Below, piece by piece: positions 55,995 through 64,000 of a DNA stretch of 64,000 nt. The stretch is from Chlamydiales bacterium (GTDB taxonomy: Bacteria > Chlamydiota > Chlamydiia > Chlamydiales > JAJFMA01). Each line of letters starts with the position of its first letter. Positions within the stretch are counted from its first letter, which is position 1. The translations under genes and the position numbers were made by a program. The notes under the pieces are model-generated. The model made no database searches, had not been told where the DNA came from, and saw nothing but the letters and a program-made list of their open reading frames with translations. Location: contig JAUXSF010000012.1 of NCBI GenBank assembly GCA_030679955.1, forward strand, positions 22,498 through 86,497, written 5' to 3'.

Positions 55995-57094
55995 AGAAAC
56001 CCTATCTCATAGCCTTAGCCATCTCGTTAGCTTCGTGCTATGCATGCTCCAAGGGCCCGCAGATGCCTCCTCGTGTGTTTCCTGTCGTTACCGATGAAGT
56101 GATACAAAGAGACGTACCTATCTATCTAAATGCCATAGGAAACATCTCATCCCCATGGTTAGTAGAGGTCCGCCCCCAAATAACCGGCCAACTCCTTGAA
56201 ACACATGCTAGGGAAGGTCGTGAAGTTGAGGTTGGCGAGTTACTTTACGTTATCGATCCCGCTCCCTTTCAAGCAGAGCTAGACAAGGCCAAAGCAACCC
56301 TGGAAAAGGATGAAGCGCAGCTGGAGTTTGCCAAGAAAAAACTAGAACGCTACGAACAGCTAGCCAAAAAGGACTTCGTGGCAGCACTAACCTACGACCA
56401 GTTTCAGACGGATGTGAAGTCGTTCGCAGCCCAAGTCGAGCTTGACAGAGCAACTGTAAAAGCCGCCGCCATCAACCTTGGATACACACAAATTACCTCT
56501 CCAGTAGTAGGTAGGATCGGAGCCATGCCAGTAGACAACGGCAACATAGTGTCACCCAATGACACTATCCCATTGACATATGTTCGTAAGATGGATCCCA
56601 TCAATGTTAAGTTCACTCTGGCGCAAAAGGACTTCCAAAAACTCCAAGATCTAGGCTTAAGTAGACATTTACCGCTTGAAGTACTGTTATCCGACGCCAC
56701 CACGCCCATCACGGGCGGTACGCTGACATTTGTGGACAACACCTTCGACACTACCACCGGCACTGTCATGCTAAAGGGATCCTTCCCTAATCGCGAAAGG
56801 CTCCTATGGCCAGGTGAGTTTGTGCGTGTACGCGTATTAATTGAAACTAGGCGTGATGCTATTCTGGTACCATCAGCAGCCATCCAGTATGGACAGCCTG
56901 GCTCTTACATCTATGTGCTAAAGCCCGACAACACCGTTGAACTACGCGTGGTGAAACTGGGTGAAGAGCTAGATGGGCACTTTGTTGTCCTCGATGGTGT
57001 ACAGCCAAAGGAAACGGTCATCACGGATGGACAGATCAACCTGCGCAATGGCGCAGCGGTAATCGTCACCAAAAAGGAACCACAAGCGACATGA
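55991..57094 (+). CDS. RND efflux periplasmic adaptor
   Basis: 367 aa with lipobox 'SLASCYAC', 'VRPQITGQLLETHAREG', a hairpin and 'LWPGEFVRVRV'. Confidence 0.9.
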   Translation: MKKPYLIALAISLASCYACSKGPQMPPRVFPVVTDEVIQRDVPIYLNAIGNISSPWLVEVRPQITGQLLETHAREGREVEVGELLYVIDPAPFQAELDKAKATLEKDEAQLEFAKKKLERYEQLAKKDFVAALTYDQFQTDVKSFAAQVELDRATVKAAAINLGYTQITSPVVGRIGAMPVDNGNIVSPNDTIPLTYVRKMDPINVKFTLAQKDFQKLQDLGLSRHLPLEVLLSDATTPITGGTLTFVDNTFDTTTGTVMLKGSFPNRERLLWPGEFVRVRVLIETRRDAILVPSAAIQYGQPGSYIYVLKPDNTVELRVVKLGEELDGHFVVLDGVQPKETVITDGQINLRNGAAVIVTKKEPQAT

Positions 57095-60000
57095 ATCTCT
57101 CTGAGCCATTCATTCGCCGTCCTGTAATGACGACCTTGGTGATGGTCACGGTGATGCTGCTTGGCTTGATGAGCTACGTCAATTTGCCTATCAGCAACCT
57201 TCCAGACGTAAACTACCCAAGTATTCAAGTGACCGCCGCGCTTCCTGGTGCCAACCCTGAAACGATGGCCAATACAGTCGCGACACCGATGGAAAAGGAG
57301 TTCATGACAATACAAGGGGTTACCTCTGTAACTTCTACCAGCACCCTCGGAAATACTACCCTGGTGCTGCAGTTTGATGTTAACAAAGACATCGATGCTG
57401 CCGCACAAGACGTTCAGGCTGCCATCACGCGATCGAAGACAAAGCTACCGCCAAACCTCCCCAACGACCCTACCTATCGCAAGGTTAATCCATCTGACTC
57501 TCCGATCATCTACATCGCTGTGACGTCCGACACCATCAGTCTTGCTGACCTCTACAACTATGCATCGATCCTGATTGGTCAACATATCTCCATGATCGAT
57601 GGCGTAGCACAAGTAACAACCTATGGCACGCCGTTTGCCATACGTGTTCAGGTAGATCCAGGCGAACTGGCCTATCGCAATATATCCTTACGCGAGGTCG
57701 CAAACGCTGCAATAAGCGCCAACCCAATACTAGCCACAGGACAACTAGATGGCAATGTACGCTCCTCGCCCATACTAGCAAGCGGACAGCTAACCAAAGG
57801 TGAACAATATCAGTCCGTAGTCATCTCTTACCAAAACAACTCACCTGTACGGGTGAAGGATGTAGGCAAGGCTATTGATAGCTTGCAGAACGATCGGCAA
57901 AAGCTGCGATATCACTCTGCAGGCAAAGACACAACAGGGGTCGTCATCGCGGTTCAACGACAACCACGCGCTAACACGGTTCAGGTGGCTGACCGTATTC
58001 ATGCCTTTCTACCAACATTAACAGATCAGCTACCGGCTTCCGTTGACTTAGAGGTTGTTTTTGATCGTTCCGATTCCATCCGTGAGTCAATAGCTGAAGT
58101 CAAGGTCACGTTATTCGTGGCATTTATCCTAGTTGTATGCGTGATCTTTCTTTACTTAGGACAAGTCGCAGACACCATCATTCCTACATTGGCCATGCCG
58201 ATGTCCCTTCTAGCGACCTTTATCGCCATGTGGTACTTCAATTTCAGCTTGGATAACCTCTCCCTTTTGGGCCTGACACTGGCTGTGGGATTCATCATCG
58301 ATGATGCTATCGTCGTACAAGAAAACATCGTTCGGCGCGTAGAAAAGGGTGAAAGTCCTTGGGAAGCTTCCATACTCGGCTCTCAGCAGATCAGCAGCAC
58401 CGTTGTCTCCATGACCCTTTCTCTAATGGCTATCTTTATCCCTATGCTTTTTATGGGTGGGTTGATAGGTAAGATCTTTCAGGAATTCTCCATCACGTTA
58501 GCAGTTGTTACTCTTGCCTCAGGCATCATAGCCCTTACGCTTACCCCCATGCTATGCAGCCGCTTCGTGCGCGCCCGCGATGAAGACCACCGCGGCCCCT
58601 TCGCTCGCTTTGCCCATAACATGCATCTACGCATGCTGAATGCCTATCAGCCTGTGCTGATATGGATGCTAGCGCGCCCTAAGATACCCTTAGCTGTCGG
58701 CATCTTAAGCGTACTCCTGTCAGCTTTTATGTTCTGGGTAATGCCTACCGACTTTATCCCGGATGAAGATATCGGTTTCATCATCGGCTATGCTGAAGCT
58801 GAGCAAGGAACCTCCTCAGACCGCATGAAGGGTTACCAACAACGTATCATGGAGGTGCTTGAGAAGAACAAGGACATCAAGACAGTTGTCTCCATAGTAG
58901 CCCAACAGCAGTTCCGGCAAGGGATCAACTTCATACGTCTACAACCTAAAGACCAACGCAAATCGTCCACGCAGATTATTCAAGAACTCTATCCGCAACT
59001 TGGCATGATCCCTGGCGTCAACGTTTACCTCAAAAACGTGCCACTAATCGACCTAGCAGTTGGTGGCACTGCCAAAGGTGCTTATCAATATACCATGCAG
59101 GGTCAGGAGCTGGATGAACTCTACGATGCCGCGGAAATACTTATCGAAAAAATGCGTAATGACAAATCCTTTCAAGGGATCACGAGCGATCTTGAAAGAC
59201 GGCAACCCCAGCTACAAATGGAAATTCTGCGCGATCGCGCTTACGCGTTGGGTGTGACTCCTGAAGATATTGAGACAGCACTCTTCTACGCCTATTCAGG
59301 AAACCGAGTGGACAAAATCCAAACTTCCATCGATCAATTTGATGTGATTGTAGAGCTAGAGCGCAAATACCAAAAGGAAGCCTCTACACTCTCTACTGTT
59401 TGGGTACGCTCCTCAAACACCAACAAGTTGGTTCCTTTAAGCGCGGTGGCGGACTGGAAGGAAGCTGTAGGCATCGGAGCAATCAGCCATATCTCACAGT
59501 TTCCAGCTGTCACTATCTCCTTCAACGTTACCCCAGGAATCCCATTAGGTAATGCACTGCAACGCCTTAAAGAACTAGCTACCGATACTTTGCCTCCAGA
59601 GGTTCAAGGGAGTGTGAAGGGCGCCGCCGAGACCTTCGAGACTGCTATCCAAAGTACAGGAATCCTCTTCGTCTTCGCTGTCATCGCTATCTACATCACT
59701 CTTGGTATTCTCTATGAGAGCTTTATCCACCCCCTTACAGTTCTGACAACCTTACCACCTGCGGTACTTGGAGGGTTACTCACCCTAGCTTTATTCGGCC
59801 GACCACTTTCCCTCTACGCCTACCTAGGTCTAATCCTACTGATCGGTATCGTTAAGAAAAACGGTATCATGATGGTCGACTACGCTATCGACTTTCAACG
59901 CGAACAAGGTAAGTCGCCGTACAACGCGATTCTCGACGCTTGCCTAGAGCGCTTCAGACCGATCATGATGACAACAGTAGCAGCCATTGCCGGCGCTATC

Positions 60001-60168
60001 CCCATTATCATGGGATCCGGGGCAGGCTCCGAATCACGGCGCCCTCTAGGTATGGTGATCATTGGGGGGTTACTGTTCTCCCAGCTAATCACCCTATTTT
60101 TAACGCCCGTCATGTACCTCTACCTAGATAGATTCACCAAAGAAGGCACAAAAGCCGATAAAGTCTAA
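57091..60168 (+). CDS. RND efflux permease (MdtB/C-like)
   Basis: 1025 aa with 'FIRRPVMTTLVMV' N-terminus and a 12-TM RND architecture. Confidence 0.95.
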   Translation: MNLSEPFIRRPVMTTLVMVTVMLLGLMSYVNLPISNLPDVNYPSIQVTAALPGANPETMANTVATPMEKEFMTIQGVTSVTSTSTLGNTTLVLQFDVNKDIDAAAQDVQAAITRSKTKLPPNLPNDPTYRKVNPSDSPIIYIAVTSDTISLADLYNYASILIGQHISMIDGVAQVTTYGTPFAIRVQVDPGELAYRNISLREVANAAISANPILATGQLDGNVRSSPILASGQLTKGEQYQSVVISYQNNSPVRVKDVGKAIDSLQNDRQKLRYHSAGKDTTGVVIAVQRQPRANTVQVADRIHAFLPTLTDQLPASVDLEVVFDRSDSIRESIAEVKVTLFVAFILVVCVIFLYLGQVADTIIPTLAMPMSLLATFIAMWYFNFSLDNLSLLGLTLAVGFIIDDAIVVQENIVRRVEKGESPWEASILGSQQISSTVVSMTLSLMAIFIPMLFMGGLIGKIFQEFSITLAVVTLASGIIALTLTPMLCSRFVRARDEDHRGPFARFAHNMHLRMLNAYQPVLIWMLARPKIPLAVGILSVLLSAFMFWVMPTDFIPDEDIGFIIGYAEAEQGTSSDRMKGYQQRIMEVLEKNKDIKTVVSIVAQQQFRQGINFIRLQPKDQRKSSTQIIQELYPQLGMIPGVNVYLKNVPLIDLAVGGTAKGAYQYTMQGQELDELYDAAEILIEKMRNDKSFQGITSDLERRQPQLQMEILRDRAYALGVTPEDIETALFYAYSGNRVDKIQTSIDQFDVIVELERKYQKEASTLSTVWVRSSNTNKLVPLSAVADWKEAVGIGAISHISQFPAVTISFNVTPGIPLGNALQRLKELATDTLPPEVQGSVKGAAETFETAIQSTGILFVFAVIAIYITLGILYESFIHPLTVLTTLPPAVLGGLLTLALFGRPLSLYAYLGLILLIGIVKKNGIMMVDYAIDFQREQGKSPYNAILDACLERFRPIMMTTVAAIAGAIPIIMGSGAGSESRRPLGMVIIGGLLFSQLITLFLTPVMYLYLDRFTKEGTKADKV

Positions 60169-60249
60169 ATTAATTTATTGTCGCAGTTGCACCGAATGCC
60201 TTGCCTGGGCAATATGCGGTTATAGGAACCAAATAGAAAGGAGCTTTCT

Positions 60250-60828
60250 ATGGCCGAGAAATACAGTTTAGAACCTTACTTTTCCTCTATTGATTCTGTC
60301 CAAAAGAATTGGAAAACATTCCTAGCTTTAGGGATCGTTCTGGTAGTCGTCGGCTTCTTAGCAATCGGCGCGGCTACAGTTACTAGTTTTGTGACGTTGC
60401 TGTTTGTGGCGATCACTTTGATCATAGCTGGTATCACCAAGCTTGTTTATTCGTTCTGGGCACGACAATGGAGCGGGTTCTTCATCTCGCTACTGAGCGG
60501 ATTGCTTTACACAGTGATCGGCGTTCTGTTTCTTGCTAAACCAATCACCGGCCTAGCAGCTCTCACACTAATGATCGGATGCCTCTTCGTTGTCAGCGGT
60601 GTGTTTAAAATCGCTGTAGCCTTTGGCTCGCGCATTCAACAGTGGGGTTGGATTCTAGCCTCCGGCGTCATCAGCCTGCTCCTAGGTATTATGGTTCTCG
60701 CAGAATGGCCAGAAGCTAGCTTATGGGTCATCGGCCTCTTCGTTGGCATCGACTTAATCTTCTACGGCTGGACCTGGATCCTTTTAGCTTTGGCAGCCAA
60801 AGAACCTAAACAACCTAAGGCTAGCTAG
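60250..60828 (+). CDS. HdeD/DUF308 family membrane protein
   Basis: 192 aa with six TMs made of repeated ~30-aa 'G...G(I/V).....G' units typical of DUF308. AAGGAG lies upstream. Confidence 0.75.
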   Translation: MAEKYSLEPYFSSIDSVQKNWKTFLALGIVLVVVGFLAIGAATVTSFVTLLFVAITLIIAGITKLVYSFWARQWSGFFISLLSGLLYTVIGVLFLAKPITGLAALTLMIGCLFVVSGVFKIAVAFGSRIQQWGWILASGVISLLLGIMVLAEWPEASLWVIGLFVGIDLIFYGWTWILLALAAKEPKQPKAS

Positions 60829-60840
60829 CTAGGAAGGTTT

Positions 60841-61629
60841 ATGAATATTGCCACTACGTGGACCGCAGAACACATGCTGGATGAATGCATCGTGGCTGTC
60901 TACGAACGCGTAACGGCAATGCACACATTTATGGGATGCTCGTACATGGTTACGGGCATCCCGCAACCTCTCCTCAACGGTGTCATCAATGCTAAGATCT
61001 CTGAGGAGGATTGCAAACACGCTGTTCCAGAGATCATCAAACAACTCGATAGTGCCGATATCCCCTACAGCTGGTGGGCAAACAACTTAACTGCACCTCC
61101 AAGTCTTTGGGAAACATTAAAAGCCAATGGGCTAAAACCTTTGATTGTCCTTCCCGGCATGTCTATCGAACTGTCTACTGAATCCACACATTCGCTACCC
61201 GATGGCGTAAGCATTCAGCGAGTAAGTGATGTGGAGTCATTACGCATCTGGGCACAGATTATCTGCACAGTCTACGACATGCGCAGCATAACAGATGATA
61301 TCGTCCGCCTTTATATGCGGGACGCTTTCTCGGACAATCTCGTCCATTTTATCGGTCAATACCTTGGAAATAGTGCTGTAGCCGGGACAATCATCTTTCG
61401 TCCAGAAGGTTTTTACATCTTTAACGTCGCAACCTTACCAGCCTTTCAGCGCTTAGGCTTGGCTCGCTCGCTCTGCAAGCATATGATAGGAAAAGCATGG
61501 GATAAAGGTTACCGCCGTGGTGTATTGCAAACTTCGTCGATGGGCGCCTCTTTCTATGAAACATTAGGCTTCAGGCCCCTTTCCGACTGCCGAGTTTTCG
61601 TCAAAACGGCCTCATGGACCAGGACCTAA
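60841..61629 (+). CDS. GNAT family N-acetyltransferase
   Basis: 262 aa. The C-terminal acetyl-CoA motif is 'VATLPAFQRLGLARSL'. Confidence 0.75.
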   Translation: MNIATTWTAEHMLDECIVAVYERVTAMHTFMGCSYMVTGIPQPLLNGVINAKISEEDCKHAVPEIIKQLDSADIPYSWWANNLTAPPSLWETLKANGLKPLIVLPGMSIELSTESTHSLPDGVSIQRVSDVESLRIWAQIICTVYDMRSITDDIVRLYMRDAFSDNLVHFIGQYLGNSAVAGTIIFRPEGFYIFNVATLPAFQRLGLARSLCKHMIGKAWDKGYRRGVLQTSSMGASFYETLGFRPLSDCRVFVKTASWTRT

Positions 61630-61690
61630 ACGACGAAAAGGACTAAATAGGTAAACTTCTGCAACTGCTTAGGTCCCCTTGTCCATCAAT
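61612..61690. repeat. TATGGACCT-family-related palindromic element
   Basis: 'catggaccaggacc...aacttctgcaa...ggtccccttgtccat'. It shares the internal 'acttctgcaa' string with the reverse complement of 37620-37680. Confidence 0.6.
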
Positions 61691-61757
61691 TAAGAAAGCT
61701 AGATCTCTTATTGTAAAGTTGTTAGAGAACAATAACCAATCCCCATCCTGCTTATCC

Positions 61758-61963
61758 CATACGCATCAACCTAATTACGGAAAATTAGTCATAAGCACAT
61801 CATTATAAATTAACTACTGATCGCAGTATATGTGAAAGCTCTTTGCAGCTAATCGCTTCGCGATTAGCTGCAGAATACTCTTAAACAAACTATACATACA
61901 TACATAATTTATTGAATTACAGTTATTTACGACTAAACTCTCAGAATTAGGTTGATGCGTATG
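61758..61963. mobile_element. MITE-like element copy 3 (206 bp, perfect 19-bp TIRs, 11-bp target-site duplication)
   Basis: Left TIR 'catacgcatcaacctaatt' (61758-61776) and right TIR 'aattaggttgatgcgtatg' (61945-61963). 'cctgcttatcc' abuts both ends directly (61747-61757 and 61964-61974). Confidence 0.85.
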
Positions 61964-62101
61964 CCTGCTTATCCTGCCGTGCAGCGATCCTGCCTATCTT
62001 GAAAAAATATTCTCCTGATTTATTTGACTAAAAACAACAAAATAAATTACGATAACAACTATTCATTTTGAAAATCATAAAAAACAAGGTAAAGTTAAAA
62101 A

Positions 62102-62383
62102 ATGGTTCATTTAGATTTATCAGTTAAAAAACCTGAAATAGGACAAGTGTCATTGGGAGAAGCAGAACAAGTGTCAGTGGAAAGAGTAAACAACACACGT
62201 ATATTACAAAGATCTCTCTTTATCGCTACGACCACGGCAGCCTCTTTAGCGTTATCGTACTTTTCTAACAATTTGCCGGAAATTGTGCTGACAGATGAAC
62301 AAAAAACAGCAATGAAAGTTTGTGTTGCACTTGTAGGACTTGTTGCTTTTTTCTCCGAAATTGGTTGCTTTGCAAGAAGATAA
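62102..62383 (+). CDS. Hypothetical small membrane protein
   Basis: 93 aa with two hydrophobic segments ('LFIATTTAASLALSYF', 'VCVALVGLVAFFSEIGCF'). Lies in an AT-rich context. Confidence 0.45.
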   Translation: MVHLDLSVKKPEIGQVSLGEAEQVSVERVNNTRILQRSLFIATTTAASLALSYFSNNLPEIVLTDEQKTAMKVCVALVGLVAFFSEIGCFARR

Positions 62384-62437
62384 AAAAAAAGGCGCGCAGT
62401 CTCTCGACCACACGCCTTCCTATTATTATGACTTAGC

Positions 62438-63157
62438 TTAGACTCGTGCCGGAAGGTGCTTACGACGCACGAAGGCTACGAGGGTTAAACCCGAAAGCAT
62501 CAACAACATGGTTGCTGGCTCAGGTACTGCCACTGCGGCGCTGCCATCAACCGCTGACATGTACAATAGCTCGTGGGTTTCACGAATCTTGATCGCTGAT
62601 ACATCGAAGTTCGAAAGTCCTAGCAACGCAAGGTTCAACTGCCCTGTAGTTGGACCAATCATGCTAAAAGCTGCTCCCCATGTGGTTTCATTAAAAACGT
62701 CCCACAACGATGGGTTCGATGCATGCTGTATATACAAGAACGGGTCATCACCAAAGTCCAAACCTTTGCTCAAGTTCACATTATTCAGGTCTATCTTAAT
62801 AGAGGTCAGATCAACTGGTGAGTTGAAGGTCGCTATAAGTTCTTCATCCCCGTCTGGAGGAGAACCCTGCATAGATTTAGAGCCCATTCCGATTGCACTC
62901 TGAACGCCAGCTCCCAAAGCATCAATCCATACTGTACCGCCCGTTCCTAACGCATTGGCGTTAAAACGGTCCGCAGTGTTGACCTGGGTACGCGCTGTTA
63001 ATTGAAAATTGGCACCTACAGGAAAAAATAAAAACCCCTTGTTTCCAACAGTTTGCGGCGGCGCCTTTAATGAGGCCGCTGATGCTGATGCACTAAATCC
63101 AAATATAGCAATAGCTAACGCTACATAGCGTCCGACTTTCTTAGTAAATAAATTCAT
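62438..63157 (-). CDS. PEP-CTERM sorting-domain protein
   Basis: Signal peptide 'AIAIFGFSASASAA'. The C-terminus is 'VPEPATMLLMLSGLTLVAFVRRKH'. Confidence 0.88.
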   Translation of the reverse strand: MNLFTKKVGRYVALAIAIFGFSASASAASLKAPPQTVGNKGFLFFPVGANFQLTARTQVNTADRFNANALGTGGTVWIDALGAGVQSAIGMGSKSMQGSPPDGDEELIATFNSPVDLTSIKIDLNNVNLSKGLDFGDDPFLYIQHASNPSLWDVFNETTWGAAFSMIGPTTGQLNLALLGLSNFDVSAIKIRETHELLYMSAVDGSAAVAVPEPATMLLMLSGLTLVAFVRRKHLPARV

Positions 63158-63469
63158 AGTTACAACCTCTGCTTTTTTTTGATAATTCTATCAAAACACC
63201 CCAATTAACTACTCAACTACTGAACTGCCTATTAACTTGCCTATACCTAATGACTATTACCTAACTAAGTTTAGTTTATGTTTATTCATTTAATTTGTCA
63301 ACTAACCCAAACTAAACATTATCGTTCTAGGATATGCTACAAGCCGCTAGCAACTGAAAATTAGAATGTTATGACACAACAAAAAAATATTATTCCGCAC
63401 TCAATATTTATAAAATATTTGTTTTAACATTATAATAGAAGAAAACCACTTAATATAAATGAGGTTTCT

Positions 63470-64000
63470 ATGAGTGATTTTAACCCCACCTTTCCATCTT
63501 CGGAATATAATTCTCCTCTGGACCAATTCAAGTCAGAGAGCGCTGATAAGCTTAAGACTAATAAAGAAACCATTAAAGATAATAAAGCTAAAATAACATC
63601 GTTAAATCAAAAGCTATCGAGAAAAAACTTCGCCATTGATAGTATAGGCAGTACAATTACTAATAAATCAGAGATGGTAAAAGTTTTTGATAAAAAACTA
63701 GAAAAAACTAAATTTTATCAAATTAACAAGAAATCTGCATATAAAATTCAGCAAAAAATACTTACATCTAATATTAATCAGTTATCAACCGATTGGAGAA
63801 CAGCAGCGGTTGAAGCAAGTAAGGCTAGTAAAAAAATACAGACTTTTGAGTCCGAAAGTCAGATGCTAAAGACTGAGTCAAAGCTGATTAAGGAAGAACT
63901 CCCACAAATCGAACAGATCGTCGAGCGCAAATTGAACATGCTTGAATCGCAACTAAAAGAGGTTGAAGATCTTTGTGCAAAAACCGCCACTTCAAGTTCA
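63470..64000 (+). CDS. Hypothetical Lys/Ser/Glu-rich coiled-coil protein (5' part; runs off the window end)
   Basis: ATG 63470 with GAGG 6 nt upstream. The frame stays open for 177 codons to the window edge (MSDFNPTFPSSEYNSPLDQFKSESADKLKTNKETIKDNKAKITSLNQKL...). The DNA is very AT-rich. Confidence 0.6.
   Translation, partial: MSDFNPTFPSSEYNSPLDQFKSESADKLKTNKETIKDNKAKITSLNQKLSRKNFAIDSIGSTITNKSEMVKVFDKKLEKTKFYQINKKSAYKIQQKILTSNINQLSTDWRTAAVEASKASKKIQTFESESQMLKTESKLIKEELPQIEQIVERKLNMLESQLKEVEDLCAKTATSSS

Noticed and set aside
62102-62383. Calling the 93-aa two-TM protein an Inc-like inclusion membrane protein.
   Set aside because: The two hydrophobic segments are about 17 residues apart rather than forming a tight bilobed hairpin, and nothing else supports the call. 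It is left as hypothetical.
1-64000. Search for rRNA, tRNA, tmRNA, RNase P or riboswitch-like sequences in the intergenic regions.
   Set aside because: I saw no cloverleaf-compatible or otherwise recognisable RNA gene by eye. The larger intergenic spaces are accounted for by palindromic repeats. A covariance-model scan (tRNAscan-SE, Infernal/Rfam) is needed to be certain.

Overview
The window is a gene-dense bacterial chromosome segment with about 60 protein genes. I found no rRNA, tRNA, CRISPR array, integrase or transposase gene.

Housekeeping and transport genes:
- kdpFABC plus the start of kdpD.
- prfC and acnA.
- A ybhGFSR-type ABC exporter.
- Two tripartite RND efflux operons.
- A sulfide/persulfide detoxification trio.
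- A Gfo/Idh/MocA oxidoreductase, an SDR and a GNAT.

Three things stand out among these.
1. Several AT-richer genes look aimed at a eukaryotic host:
- a CX5R phosphatase with the SopB/IpgD-type 'CKSGxDRTG' loop;
- a protein with about thirteen 20-aa FNIP/LRR-like repeats;
- a protein with two homeodomain-like segments;
- signal-peptide-bearing Nudix, patatin and EEP enzymes;
- a 3.5 kb islet downstream of acnA.

The acnA islet is bracketed by about 200 bp direct repeats that include a decayed copy of the acnA 3' end. It encodes a paralogous family of membrane-anchored proteins, one of which carries three tandem ubiquitin-like domains.

2. An ArsR-led operon encodes an exported double thioredoxin-like protein ending in 'GCCPGGCCNGCCCH', followed by a MacB/FtsX-type ABC pair. 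A convergent cytosolic His/Cys-rich protein carries nearly the same poly-Cys motif. I read this as a candidate uncharacterised metal or thiol handling system.

3. Almost every larger intergenic region holds hairpin-forming elements whose arms are tandem 9-bp units, in several sequence families. There is also a MITE-like element with a perfect 19-bp TIR and an 11-bp target duplication.

The gene content suggests an intracellular or amoeba-associated Gram-negative bacterium, possibly chlamydia-like or another PVC lineage. That assignment is inference only. All calls come from reading the ORF translations and the DNA by eye; no database search was run.
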